The position numbers and the translations under genes were made by a program. The notes below the pieces were generated by a model. That model did no database searches. It was given only the letters and a program-made list of their open reading frames with translations, and was not told the DNA's origin. Below are positions 1 to 13,800 of a stretch of DNA of 64,000 bases, piece by piece; position 1 is the first letter of the stretch; each line of letters starts with the position of its first letter. Origin of the DNA: Saccostrea echinata (taxonomy: Eukaryota); the NCBI RefSeq assembly GCF_033153115.1, contig NW_026889803.1:46686001-46750000 (forward strand), written 5' to 3'.

Positions 1-262
1 ATTTTAACAAAGTTTACAAAAGCGTGATGAAGGATGTATCATGTACACAAACAACTATTAAAATACACATACAGATATTCAAAAATGGAATTAAAATCAG
101 TGTTTGGGTGTAAATGACTATAAGTACAAAAACATTTATCTTAGGTAAAAAAAAAAATATGGTATTGTTTAGTGAAAGAACATAAATCAACGATGGATAT
201 CAAAATAATATGTTCTTGCATATAGAGTATCGATGTTTGTTCTGTAAAAGTGCCTGGAGTGA

Positions 263-3200
263 TCATGTATCAGAGTCTGTGTCTTTTATCTTTGTCTCTT
301 CTTTAGAATTACTTGAATTATCTTTGTCATTTTCACTTGATTTATCTGGTTCTCCTGAAGAATCCTCCTCCTTTGTTTTATTTTGATCCTTTTTAAAGTA
401 AGTTTTTATCTTAGTTATGAGTCCTTTCTTTTTGTTTGGATCTGAAGCAGTGAAGTCTCTGGTGGTCAGATTGTGAAGAGAACCAAATGCGATGGCGACA
501 ACTGTACAGGCCAGACAAATCACATTATAGGGCATGCTGAAGTCAGGAGTGGGGAGGGAGACCAGCAAAGCTTCAGTGTGTAACCGCAGGAAAAATGACC
601 CGGAACTGCTAGTGAAACTGAAAGTATAAAAAAGTAAATACCTTTACCAATAAGAAACCACCGGTAACATAACATTACCCCTGGTATATTCCATGCAACA
701 ACCAAAGTATTTGTTGACATTTCATGTTTAATATCTTACTCAACCAAAGAGACTGAGAACAGTTTAAACATTTAATCAATAACCAATCCTTTACAAAGTC
801 AATCATCCCTCCATTTGTGCATTTTCCATTTGAATACTTATTTTGTTTTCCCCTTTCAATTGAGTAACCAGTATATAAGACATATTGCTGAGTGAAACAG
901 AATAAAGTGTAAGGTGAAAGCTGAGTGAAATAGATATAAAGTGTAAGGTGAAAGCTGAGTGAAATAGATATAATGTGTAAGGTGAAAGCTGAGTGAAATA
1001 GATATAAAGTGTAAGGTGAAAGCTGAGTGAAATAGATATAAAGTGTAAGGTGAAAGCTGAGTGAAACAGATATAAAGTGTAAGGTGAAAGCTGAGTGAAA
1101 TAGATTTAAAGTGTAAGGTGAAAGCTGAGTGAAATAGATTTAAAGTGTAAGGTGAAAGCTCTCACCTTTCCTCCAGAAGTGAGACAGACTGAGGAACTGC
1201 TGTATAATTACTGGCTAGTGGCAACACACTGGATATCACTGCGGAGCTGATGTAGAAGCCATGATTGGCATCTGGTGGATACTCTGTCCACTTCAGGAAA
1301 GCTCGCTCAAATGAATATGTGATTTTTGTGACTGAGTTGGCAAAGAGTCGAAACACTATCTCCATTTGGTATGGATTGGCTCGGTCCTTTGCTGGTATGA
1401 AGTTGATTTTATCTAAAAAATAAAGTGTGATGGAAATTGGTCCAGACAGAATTAAAAACTAGAAACATAATAAAAAAATACAACCTCATTCTTCATTACA
1501 ATTTATATTAAATCTTTACTAATGTATACACACAAGGTTTAAGTTCCCTTCCATTGTTTTCTATCTCGAGTGAGCTAAAGTACACTCTCAAGAACCAGGG
1601 CACTGTCTCCATGAAGATGACTGTAGTGTTGAATTCCATAGTGTTATAGATCATACATGTAACACCCCCTCTCTCCAGTCCGTATCCTGCAAAATCAGAA
1701 TGATCCATCATCATCATGTTTCTGGACAGAAAAAGATCTTACTATATTCTTGCATTTTGATAATTATGGTGATTATCAAGTTGAATATACACTATACATG
1801 TACATGTATTTTTAAGAACACAATATTCAATATGTTTAGAAATATTCTTTTATAAAATCAATTTGAATTGAAAATGCAACATTTATTCTAAAAAATTTAG
1901 AAGAAGTACAGCTCTACACATTTTTTTTTTAAACACTTTTAACAGTCGACAGGGTTCAACATTAATGTTTGTCCTATTGTCCATGTCCAGTTCATTTTGT
2001 TATCAGACAAGTCAATCCCCAGACACACTTGTCCAATCGGACAAATTCCTTTTTTTAACCATTATGGAATATTGTGAATATAGGAGGAAAAAATCCCCAC
2101 AGATTTCATTTAACTAGCTCTGTGATTTTTTTTAATAATCACAAACATCAAATACGAATTGTTACAATCCAAAGGGCTCAGCCATACTTCACCAGATATC
2201 ATTATCAGTCTTGAGTGATTGGGACTTGGCTATACAGACTACTGCATTTTTGATATGTATAAATGTTTTTATTTTCAAGTTTAGACAAATCTCTTAGTCA
2301 ATATCATTTACAACTACTTTATTTTTGAAAACAAATTTCTAAAAATTTCTCTATTTCTGTTCAAAATTGAACAAGTAAAAAATGAGTTCGGACAAGTAGG
2401 ATATTTTGTTAATGTTGAGCCCTGGTATATATAACTCCTTTAAGAAGGATAAAAAGAGGACAAATCTTTCCACAGAATTTTTTGGTACATAACCTTTTAA
2501 AATAGGAAAAAATTCTTCATCTTAGAATTTTCAAATGTTCTTATATCAAGTAACACTATCTGCTTAAAGGGGCTTGGACACAGATTTGATGTTAATATTT
2601 TCTAAAAATTTTTGGTATAAAATCAAGACTTATATGTTTCCAAGGTATTTCAGATCCATATATTTAAAAAAGGCATTTAATACAAACTTCTTTTATCTGA
2701 AAATTTTTAAAACTATGAATTTCAGGATGCATTTGATTGACACACATCTTTGAACTTTCATGAAGCATAATTTATTCTTAATACCGGTAGTTAAGTAAGG
2801 TGAAAAATTTGTTGTGTATTAATGAAAAGTATCAAACTTTAATCCAGAAAATTCATAATAGAAATGTTAGAAAGCAAACTTGACACACCAGTATTGTCAG
2901 TTTATGTTCAGTGATGTATGCCTGAGTTAACAAACTGCAAACACCTGGTAAAATGTTAACATTAACGATAACAGAGCTTGTGCCTATGTTTACAAACACA
3001 GATGTTTGACCTAATGATATGAAGAATGCTGTTGTCATTGAATCTTAAGAATCTGCATCTAAGTTCAATTCATTAAAATGAAGTTATTTTTCAAATAAAA
3101 ATATAGAAATTTAAAAATGTAAACAAAACAGCAATGCAACTGTAACCAGGCCCCTTTAATTTGACATTACGTGTGACAAATTTGACATTACGTGTGACAA

Positions 3201-6200
3201 ACTTGACTTAATCTGTGACAAACTTGACATCACCTGTCACATACTTGACATTCAAGACTGTCACAAATTTGACTTTACATGTGACAAACTTGACATCATC
3301 TGTCACATATTTGACATTATTTGTCACAAATTTGACTTTACCTGTGACAAATTTGACATTACCTGTGGCAAACTTGACATTGTGATAAATTTGACACAGG
3401 TAAATTTTACCTGTGACAAATTTGCCATTACCTGTGATAACATTATATTATTACATGTGACAAATTTGTCATTTCCTATGACAAACTTGACATTACCTGT
3501 CATAAATTTGACATTACCTGTTACAAATCTGTTGGCATAGATAGGTGGCAGAGAGGAATTTGTGAATTTGATCTTCTCCTCATATGTAGCTTTCAGATTT
3601 AGTTTGTTCATTGATAAATGATTTCCAATTTCATACACAGCAATCTTTCTCTCCTCTCCAGGTCGCTTTTGATTCAAAGTAAAATCTGGTAGAGGGGTCA
3701 ATGTAAATTTGGGATAAGTCTAAAGAAAAAAAAACATCTCATTTCAAACATGACAAAATGTACACAATGAAATGTTCATTAACCCTAAATGCATCTTGAT
3801 TGATAAAGTGTGTGAGGTTATTTATTCTGAACTGAAATTTACTGCAGCAGCAGCTGTATATATAAAAGTATCAATCTTACATCCTGTGATGTCACATCCA
3901 CATAGATCTTCCTAGTCTCAGCCATTGGACACTGGGACTGTAGAGTTCTGTCAAACATGCTCTGAAAACTCCAGTCTATGAGGAACAACAAAACAGGATT
4001 AATATTTAAGAATATTTAATACAAAACACACTGACAAGATCATCAGATTCATTTCTCACCTTGTTTGCCATTTTTATTTGTAGTGGGATCATATACAACG
4101 GTCAGTGTCTGCTTTAGCTCTGTAGCCTGTGTGTGACATTGGGAATCCTAACATACAGAATACATGTAAATTATTCAGATCGCAATAATACAATCTAGTT
4201 TTGGGATAAAATATGCATATATATTGTATTAACTTTGCTAGTATTAAAATATGATAGAAAATTTTTTCTTCTTTTTTACTTTTAATACTTCATATACCGT
4301 ACTGCTTTTTATTTTATGTTACAACACATCTCAATGTAATCTCAAAACTATTTAATTTAATGAAAAGGATCAGTACTTAACCCCTTACCTGACATACAAA
4401 TTCAGTACTCTTTCCCCTTACCTGACATACAGATTCAGTACTTAGCCCCCTAACCTAACATACAGATTTAGTACTTGATCCCCTTACAGACATACAATTT
4501 CAGTACTCAGTCCCCTTACCTTACAATACAGAGTCAGTACTTAGCCCCCTAACCTAACATACAGATTTAGTACTTAGCATCCTTACTTGATATACAGATT
4601 CAGTACTTAGCTCCCTTACCTGACATATAGATCTGACATGGACCCCAAGTGAGTGATAAAATCCATCATAGAGCTTTACAGAGTTAAGCAAACTGGCAAG
4701 ACCAATCTATAAATGTAAAACAAATATGACATTTGTAAGTATCAATTGAATTCTTCATTGATCATAATCACAATAATTTATGCAAACTAACAATTTGAAG
4801 ACTCTTAAGGCTACAATGTATACAGTATATATGTATATGCTGTCTTTATTTAAAAACAAAAGTATTACCTTGGATTCGCATGGCAGGAGTTTCTTCCATG
4901 GAGTCAGGTTTTCTGTACAGACCACCTCTCTTGGAAGTGTGGAATACCTGATGAACCGTGTATCTGCACTGTAAAACTCTGAGGCCAATCCTGTGGGTCG
5001 GAAACTCCATCGCGGCTGCACAGTTGACTTATTGTCCATGAAGTTCAGAGAAGCACAGAACAAGCCAGATAAAGCATTAACAAGATCAGCCCAGGTCTTA
5101 TCAACACTGTGAGAGAATAAAAATTTGTTTTAACCATTGAACTGGCTTTCTTTAATCTCACATTTTTTCTTCTCCAGTTTTTTCAAACCAAGTGGGATTT
5201 TGATTAAATGGAAGGAAATTAGCAGCAGTAGATAAAATGTTTAAGGAAAATATTTTCATCCAAAAAAACATATATATAATAATTCTTATTTGATTGCCAT
5301 AAAGCATACTTTATAACTTACCCAACATGAGGTTGGAACCATACCCACAACTCTGCCCCTGGGGGTGCATCCTCTGGAGGGTATCCCCATTTATCATGTT
5401 TCCATAGTCCTTGTGTTTGACTTAGATGCAATTCTTTCACTTTGTATGTTGTTAAAACATCACCAAGTGATTTGGGAAACAGGTGATAGTGTTGAACTAA
5501 AAGAAATATAAAAAAGAAACTTTTACTTAAGCCAACTGAAACATTACAAGCACTTCTATTCAATAAGGTGTTGTTTTTATCTGAAGTTTGAACCAGGAAT
5601 GATTTCAGGCACTCACAAAAAGGAAAGGCATTATAGGCTTGTGAACAACAAAATAATCGATCAACCTTGTGATCTGGAGGTACCGGGTTTGATTCTTGTT
5701 CTCAATGCATCAAACCTAAAACATAAACCCAGGAAATGACTTCCTTTGCAAGCACTGGCACTGGAAGTAAAAGTGATGGGTCTTTTAAATGATACCCTAA
5801 AAATCGAGGTCTTGTGTCATGGAAGGTGTTGGCATAATAAAGAACCCTCATTATTCAATGGTCCTGAGTGCCAAGTACCAAGGTAAATGTGTAAATTTGA
5901 AGCCCTTTACCGATATATAGTGTTGTCTCATATGAGTGAAAAATCCTCTCAAACAACAATTAATCAAAATATTACAGCGAGTGCAGCAAGCGGCACAAAG
6001 CGCTGCTCGTCACTGCAAGCTCTTAAAGCAACACCTGGGTGAAGAGAAAATTCATATTTTGCACACTGATCCAAAGGAATTTTTTTTCTGCAGTTACCTC
6101 GAGACCCACAATGCAACACTTGTGGATCTCACTGCTAACTTCGTTCTCACAGTAACAACAACTAAAAATTCACAAAAAATAAACTCACCTTGATTTAATG

Positions 6201-8054
6201 GATATTGCATACAAATAAAGTAATAGATTAAACATTCTTTGTTAAAATTTTGCACTTTCAAACTTCATTCATGAAAATGCAGTTAACATACCACGTCATG
6301 TGACGTCACAGTCTAGACGTTCCAAATGTCTTGTGCAGTTTAAAGAGGCAGATCTTAAAATAAAGTAAGCAACTGCGCTCGCCCCAACTGTTGCACCGAC
6401 AACATATTATCATAGTACAGTACAATTCGTTTATTATCATAGTTTATTTGTCAGGTCAAAACTTTATAATAAGCGACTTTTATAATAACCATAGTCGGCT
6501 GAAATTCATGTCGGACGGCTGACGATACGACGTTTGTGTAAATTATTGGATGTATTATACATCTTACTTTACATATAATTTCGATTTTTTAGGTTTATCT
6601 GAAATACAAGTTAACTGACATATCATTTCACAATATTTACTTACTGTTTCAACTTTTTATTATAAATAAATTCACTTAAATAAAGCTTTATACTCTTCAA
6701 ACTCAATCTTCTAGATCCCTTGGCATCCATCTTGTTTATTTTGATCTACTTTCATTTTTAATTTATGGTCAATTCAAATTACCAATGTTTCGTTTCGGTT
6801 TTTTTTTTTTTTTTTTTGTTTTTTGTTTTGGTCACATATTAAATAAATTAACACAGCAACAAAGCATGCATTCAAATTGTTTCTTTTATTCATCCAAAGT
6901 AGGCATAAAAAATTACCTATTTACACTTAATGTCGCCGTACAATTAAAATTGATTGATACAATGAGCATATGCATTCAAAGCCGCTTGGACAGACTGGTG
7001 AAAGAGTTAATTTCACTTAATTATTTCTTAATTAATCGGGTAGTTTTGTAATTGTAATTAACTATGAACATTGATCCAGACACCAAGCATAAGAAAGCTT
7101 GGGTTAATATTGACACTAAGTTTACTTTCAACACATTTGGTAAAAGGTATTTATTACGAGCGTACAATTCAGGATTAACATAAGAAGAAAATACGTTATG
7201 AAAAAAAGAGTTCGTGTTATCCTGTCATGTAATTCATGAAATAAACAGACTCCCTGTGAATCGCTCAGGTAAGTGCACTGAAGTGTGACTAATCTCCCCA
7301 GTCTTTCACTATTGGCAAATTTCAAAGTGAAAATCAAGCCATTGTGTATAGACAAGCGACAGTGCATGAGCCACAGGTGTAGATAGGTGTTATCTTTTGT
7401 TTTGTTGATTATCCCAAGAGTGAAAAGGTGTGAAAAAAATATTACGGACGGAAATTTTCTATTATAGTAAGCGAAGTGTATACTTTGACCTATGATAATA
7501 ACAGACGAAATTTATAATGAATTATTAAGAAATGGTTTTGTGTTTCAGATATCTATGATAAAAAAAGAAGTATGATATAAAACCGGTATGATAAAAAACG
7601 AATTGTACTGTACCAGATTGTGGATTTCAAAAGTAAACCAGAGTTAAAGAATCATGAAAGGTGGTGGTATGAATTTTGAAAAGAAATAAATACAGGTACA
7701 TGTATTTGAAATCACAAGAGGTAAGAAGTTAAAAGTGTAAGCTATGAAAAGGTTTTGATGGTATCCAATATGCGCTCACCCCAACGGTTGCGCCGTAAAA
7801 CATATCACTGACTGAAAATGCTAAAACCTGAAAGTGCCCAGGTGCTTACATGATTCCGGTTTATCGATCGACACATTCCAAATAGTTATGAACTGGAAAT
7901 GAAACATGACATGTCCACTAGAAAAGGGTTTTATAAAGAGCTCTTCTGAAAATTTGTCGTTGTGAATACCATTTGCGAAAGTTAAAACTGATAAGAGAAA
8001 GAAAAGTGCATTTTTTAATCCCGCGACCGGCTGCTTTGCCACAGTGACAACCAT
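263..8054 (-). CDS. PIGT: GPI transamidase component PIG-T (Gpi16 family), 10 exons, ~614 aa
   Basis: Exons with GT-AG ends and consistent phases: 8054-7850, 5496-5322, 5106-4869, 4706-4620, 4147-4060, 3975-3881, 3719-3518, 1686-1534, 1412-1166, 617-263. N-terminal signal peptide. Family motifs [91 protein letters not shown] (TM). Confidence 0.95.
887..1160. repeat. 34-bp minisatellite, 8 copies, abutting the PIGT exon 9 donor
   Basis: Unit gctgagtgaaatagatataaagtgtaaggtgaaa starting at 887, 920, 954, 988, 1022, 1056, 1090, 1124. Confidence 0.95.
1950..2424. mobile_element. MITE with CAGGG termini (hAT-like)
   Basis: TIRs cagggttcaacattaa / ttaatgttgagccctg; subterminal ttgtcc/ggacaa motifs; no clear TSD. 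Confidence 0.7.
2568..3155. mobile_element. Non-autonomous TTAA-target DNA transposon (Kolobok-like)
   Basis: ttaa|aggggcttggacacag ... ctgtaaccaggcccct|ttaa: imperfect TIRs with a TTAA duplication. Confidence 0.75.
3158..3528 (-). repeat. 21-bp minisatellite (~17 copies) containing the PIGT exon 7 end and donor
   Basis: Unit on the minus strand TTTGTCACAG|GTAATGTCAAA; the first copy is the real donor at 3517. Confidence 0.9.
4371..4632 (-). repeat. ~33-bp minisatellite (8 copies) containing the PIGT exon 4 end and donor
   Basis: cagtact anchor at about 4371, 4403, 4436, 4469, 4501, 4535, 4568, 4601; minus-strand unit ATCTGTATGTCAG|GTAAGGGG..CTAAGTACTGA. Confidence 0.9.
5665..5968 (+). mobile_element. 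tRNA-derived SINE, degenerate copy
   Basis: Colinear similarity to 50259-50588 (ccctaaaaatcgaggtc..gtgtca..gttggcataataaagaaccctca..aaatttgaagccctt) with a CAAT-like tail. Confidence 0.7.
6030..6410 (+). repeat. Dispersed repeat shared with NFS1 intron 1 (37567-37960)
   Basis: ctgggtgaagagaaaattca..gcacactgatccaaa..gagacccacaatgca..actcaccttgatttaatggatatt occurs at both loci. Confidence 0.8.
6418..7610. mobile_element. Tc1/mariner-type non-autonomous element
   Basis: ta|cagtacaattcgttt.ttatcata ... tatgataaaaaacgaattgtactg|ta; TA TSD; no transposase ORF. Confidence 0.85.
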
Positions 8055-8410
8055 GTTTAAAATAACCGGAACGCAGTTAATATAAATCAAGTTTTTATTT
8101 ACCAATATATTTTGACAAAATATAGATTTAAATTCATTTTCTATTGTGTGCGCCAGAGATATTTCTTATGAAAAAAGCTTTGATTTTATTTTATTTTGTA
8201 TTTATTTATTAATATAATCTTAATTCGGCTGTATTTTAGACCAGTCATTTTTAAAGAATATCGACATTTTCCATTAACCGGAAGCACATGACTTTGTTGT
8301 TAGTTTGGTTAGCTCTGCTGCACAAAGAGGAAAGTGATGCTACGCGATCAAAAGCATAATTTTAAGCTGGTCCTTTTATTTATGTGAATCGGGTTTTAAC
8401 ATACAGTAGG
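8055..8410. promoter_or_regulatory. Putative bidirectional promoter PIGT/JARID2
   Basis: Locally CpG-richer; ETS-like ACCGGAA at 8065 and ACCGGAAGC at 8277. The JARID2 ATG exon starts at an acceptor (10808), so an upstream non-coding exon is needed; candidate ~8290-8409 with donor tag|gtatat. Confidence 0.5.
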
Positions 8411-8859
8411 TATATATAAACTAAAGCAATGCCTTTTTTCATGAAGTAGAGTATGGTGCTTATAATATAATATAATATTTTTTTCATGATAGATCTATTT
8501 AAATTTCAACAACAACCAGGTCTGGCACAATCACTACATTTAGCTACGTGGCTTGAATTACCTACATAAATTTAATTAGCTACTCGAGGTAGCTTTGTTT
8601 ACCTACTTTATTATACTTTTTTCTTCAATGAGCATTTTTTTAAAGAAAAAATCGCACTTTGATGCGGTGATAGTTTTCAACTTCAAACGGATCCAGTACA
8701 ATCAGTACATTTAGCTACGTAGCTAAAATTACCTACCGTAGCTTTATTTAGATACCTCTGGTGGATTTATTTAGTTATTTCAATGCAAATTTTCACAATT
8801 TTGCTTTTTATTTAAAAAAGATTTTTAAAAAATCGCAAGTAGATGACTACTTATGTTTA

Positions 8860-9280
8860 GGCCATAAGAAAAAAATTCCTAAATTCTGATTTCTCATCCC
8901 TGCCCGCCTTGATTTTTTAAATTTCTGTTTGTCTTGATTCTGATCAGAATCGATATTCAACTACCCTTCAACTTTCGTTTTAAATCAAATGCCAGCATGA
9001 TTTTGACAGCTGACAAGATGGTAATTGCTGTAATATGTATTAATTAATTAAACAAGGATTATTGGTTGTGAAAGATTGGTGATGATCGTAAGAGATATGC
9101 ATACTCAAATGTACCTCTACTATGATTTTTATTTGAGCGTAATAGATAAATCTGCACCAATTGATCAGGTCAGCAAAATATCTGCACAATGGAGAAAAAA
9201 ATATTAAAATAAAATCTGCCTGCCGCCCCGATTTTTCAAAAAATTTGGATGAGAATCTAGGAATTTTTTTTATTATGGCC
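8860..9280. mobile_element. PIF/Harbinger-type MITE
   Basis: tta|ggccataagaaaaaaattccta ... taggaattttttttattatggcc|tta; 3-bp TTA TSD. Confidence 0.85.
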
Positions 9281-9895
9281 TTATACTAGGGATATTTAAA
9301 AAAGCAATCCACAAGTAGAGATGGTTTAAACATTGCTGCATTTGAACACTATTTAGCAAAAGATGTATTTTCATTGTTCGAGTAACTGTACACCACTTTG
9401 TTGGGGTGAAGCATTGATAAGTATGATTACTTCACATTGTGCTGAATAATTACTAATCAATTATTATGTTAAGCAGAACTGGTCTTCTTTGTTATTTCAT
9501 TTAAGAAGTAATAATAATAAATTTATAAAGCACTGAATATTAATAAAATTAATCAAAAGCGTTGTACAATAAAACACAAATAAACGTAATTTAAGAAGGA
9601 TGAATAAATTAATTTAACACATGTGTGTTAGAAATTATAATAAAATTCTAAAGTTACATACATATAATTACGTCATTAAAAAAGAAACTCTGAATAAAAG
9701 AGCGTCTTTTGAGATTTGTTTGTTAATATTTGTATGCCAAGTATTTAAAAAGCTATTCTGTAAAAATGTTTCTTTAAATGTCTTTTAAAAAGTAACTGTT
9801 TGGTCACATTGGATAAATTACTGTACAGTATTTCACTGTTGAAATTGTTCCAGTAATAAATGAAATTGTAATAAATGATGTAATTCTTAGATAAT

Positions 9896-9992
9896 GTGTA
9901 ACATGAAAGGGAGAAAAATTATGGTTGGACTGGGAATCAAACCCAGGATCCCTGCATCACTAGTCGTCTTGTGCTCTAAACATTGAGCTGTT
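9896..9992 (-). mobile_element. Short tRNA-derived repeat, same family as 44219-44320
   Basis: Reverse complement carries agctcaatgtttagagcac (A box) and gggtttgattcccagtcc (B box) followed by a ..tgttaca tail. Confidence 0.6.
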
Positions 9993-10351
9993 TCAGCGAT
10001 GAAAAATTTAATCTGCTTGTCATTTGGGAATTTTTACCTAAATTTTTTGGGGGAGAAGAGTCAATTTTCAATTGGGACAGGGTCCTTTTAATGAACCTGG
10101 ATGCAATGGATATATATTCCTTCACATAGTACCAAATAGTACAGATTTCTCTCTAAGAAACATTGTGTAGTGGACAGTACATAGGGAACTTATACTGCCT
10201 TGCTAGTGAGGTAACTTCTAGTGGTGCAGTAGAGTCTCCCTGTATTTCAGGCAAGTTAAGCAACGGCGAGCTTGCATAACCCTTGAATGGGTGAGCGCTT
10301 CACGTTACAATTGCAAATGCCATTTGAAAATGTAATGTGTCTTTCTATATA

Positions 10352-10526
10352 CAGTTGAACTTCAATATCTCGAAGTCTGATATCTTGAATACCATGGATA
10401 TGTCGAAGTGATCTGGAAGTCCCAACCATTTATTCTTAAAGTATTTTACCCCTGATATCTCGAATCCTTGGATATCTCGAAGTTTTTTCTCTGTCTAATC
10501 GGGTTCAAGATATCGAAGTTTGACTG
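10352..10526. mobile_element. Tc1/mariner-type MITE
   Basis: ta|cagttgaacttcaatatctcgaa ... gatatcgaagtttgactg|ta; internal gatatctcga repeats. Confidence 0.8.
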
Positions 10527-10825
10527 TATGTTTTCTCAAATAAATGAGAGCATGATGAGGGCTAGTAGAATAAAGACATTTAATGTTTGTCTCACTTAAA
10601 AATTATAACTCAAAAAGGGTTTTTAACATAAACATCAATTTAAAAGACAAAGTAAAGATTTAAGTTGTAAAATGAATATGGTTTGATTAAGCGATATTTA
10701 CTTTTTTTGTCACTTTCTTGGGACAAAATGTTCAACAGTTCAATTTATCTTCAAATCAAAGAAAGAACATGGTTATTTTATATATGTGTATTCATTTTTT
10801 ATGTTAGGAAGGAAAGATTTCAAAC

Positions 10826-13800
10826 ATGGTTGGGAGAAGAAGTTCCTCAGGAAGTAAGAAGCCTCCTGTTGTTTCAGAGCCAGCAGTGCCCCACAGATCT
10901 AAGAGACCCAAGAGAAACATCTCCCCAAAAAGCTATGTAGGTCCCCTGAATAGTTGTTTGTTTTCCCAAATAAATTGATAAATGAAATACAGGTAAACTT
11001 CGAAATCTTGACATTGGCAGAACTATTTGAAAATGTCAAGATATCTGGGGTGTCAAGATAACAGAGTTGAGATGCAGGGCCCAAGATTTATTGATATGGC
11101 AAATGAGTTTGTTACATGGTAAATGGATATGAATTCAACAGTTTCAGCAATTCCTCTCTTTCTTAATTGCATAAAAAGTAATAACTAAAATATCTAAATG
11201 ATAAAATGTGTTCTTTTCCATATTTTTAAAAGTTTTTAAATTTTACTAAATGTTCAATGTTCCAAATCATGTTATGTTTGCATTTTGTAAGAACAGGATA
11301 TGAAATGCGCTGTCTAAACATAGAACCCTACAAGAAAGAAAACAAATTAACATTTTTTGCTTTATTTGAACTAAACACAGAGAATGGTACATATGTTTGA
11401 ATCAAGACTATTTGATTGAATCACCGTTTGAATGTGTCATTATTTTTCATTGCCAAATTGTTATCCGTTGAATGCATTTTTACCACAAATATCAGAAATA
11501 AGTTGTTTAATTTCTTACATAATTTATTTGATTCATTGTGTTTCTCATTTATTGTAATTCAGTTGCCTTTTTCAGATCATACTTTTCATAGGTTTTGATA
11601 TAAATAAATAGGCACAAGCGTGTGCATTTATAATTAGTAATTTATTAGTAATATTACACTAACTGTTAATCATGACATAGTTGACATTACCGAGGTCAAC
11701 ATATGCATGTTTTTTGTCAAATCATTTAAATGTACATGTATATACATGTACATGTATATAGAAGATACTGCTGGGACTGTGGACATCGACATATCCCAAG
11801 TTGTTGACATATTCGATGTTAAGATACTAAAGTTTACCTGTATATATCACCCAATTATTTATTACAAGATTATATGTTTATACCTGTATATACACCATTG
11901 GTTTGGTTTGAACATAATTCATTGTCACAGCTAGGTAAACAAATGGATTTGGAGACAAGTTCTAGAAACTTACTATCTTCTCAAGATATTTATTGTTGGG
12001 GTTGGTAACTACATGTTTTGCTTGTGATTTTAGGATATCACAGCTGGCTTATCTTGGAAAGAGGAACGTGAACTAAAGAAAGCTTTGTATGCATCACTGC
12101 AAGAATCTAAAAAAGCTTCAACATCCAAACCAGATACAGCAACTGACTGGAAAACGCCTAGTGATGCAGGATTTCGACCAATCAAAACCAAGCCATCAAC
12201 AACAAGGATGACTCGGAGCTTCAGCTCACCAAACGTTCCGTCCACACCGGTCACTAGTGGTCAGTCTGTAAACAGCGTGGACGAGACCAGCCAGGACTCA
12301 ACAGTATCCTTACCAATCAACACGTCTACTCTTCAATCCAAAAAGTGAGAAATCTTAAGATCCAATTGTTTTATTTTGTTGCCATCTAGTACTGTTATTT
12401 CATTTGTTGTTCTCAATTTGAATACTCAACATGAATTGACATTTGATTTACATGTGCATGTATATATTAAATGTAAAGAAATCTTTGACCTTCAGTTAAC
12501 AAGTCAAGTAAAAGAAGTTATGTGTTTTCTAAGAAGTGTTCTCAGATGCAGTTACATTAATCAGATTGACACTGAAATTTATTTGATAGAAACATGATGC
12601 AGTTGTAGTAACACTAACATTAAAAGATCCATCAATGTTGAACTTGATGTACATTGAAATACATTTCAGGACCAAGGTACGTGCCCAGAGGAAGTTTGCC
12701 ATGAACCAACCCAACACTATTACTCCTTCTTCAGAAACCAGCTCTACTCCAGTGCCAAAAGCTACAACATCGTCCACTATCGTATTTCCAAAGAGGGCAA
12801 AAACCGAGGACTTCCTGACTTTCCTGTGTCTCAGAGGTACAGAGAATCTGTGATTTCAACCTTTCTTGTCCCTTCTCCATAATCAATATGTATTTGTTGG
12901 TTTATCATACTGTTAAAGTTGTGTTTCACTATTACTTCACAAATTTTGATGTTTACTATTCATTTTTGTTTTAATAATTGTTTAAATTTTTGCTTTATTT
13001 CTTTTCAAGATCTATGACCAAGTAGCACATTGTTTTTTGTATGTTTGTCTTTTAGTCTGTCTGTAGTTTTTACCTTGCTCACAGCCTTTTGAAGTACAGT
13101 AAACATTATGGGGACTTACATTTGATCAGATATTATCTTTTGATCACAGAGTGTGACATGACCTTGATACAGAGTCAAGGACACACAGGGATTGGAAGAA
13201 TAAAATTTGTTTTGGTAATTAATCTTGTAAAGCAGAAACATTCGATATTCATTCTTGACACAGAGAACACTTATGATGAAAAAAGTATAAAATAACTCTT
13301 ATTCAAGGTCATTTAATATAGATCAAGGTCAAAGGGATTGGAAATGTGTATATCATGGTCATAATTATGGACATGATGTAATAGAGAAACATTAAAGCCT
13401 TAAACTTGGCACATAGAGTATAACGAGACCCTGCTACAAGGTCATTTTGAAAAAGGTCATATTCTCAGAACCCTTTGCTTGACAGACATCAAACTTGGTA
13501 CATTTGTTCCCTCAAAGAGTAGATAATCCCTATTGATTTTGAGGTCACACTTTCATCACAGACATTCTAAATTTAAAGTTAATTCTTTTTAATATTGCCC
13601 CTTAAGGGCATACATGTTTCTAAAAACATTTCTTGATTTTTTATGCCCCGCCATGAATATGGCCGGGGCATATAGTGTTTGTCATGTCCGTCTTCCGTCC
13701 TTCTGTCCTTCCGTCCTTCTGTCCTTCCGTCCTTCCGTCTGTCCTTCCGTCACACTTTGCGTTTAGCTCTGTTCAAAGCTCAGTTTCAAAGAAACTATCC

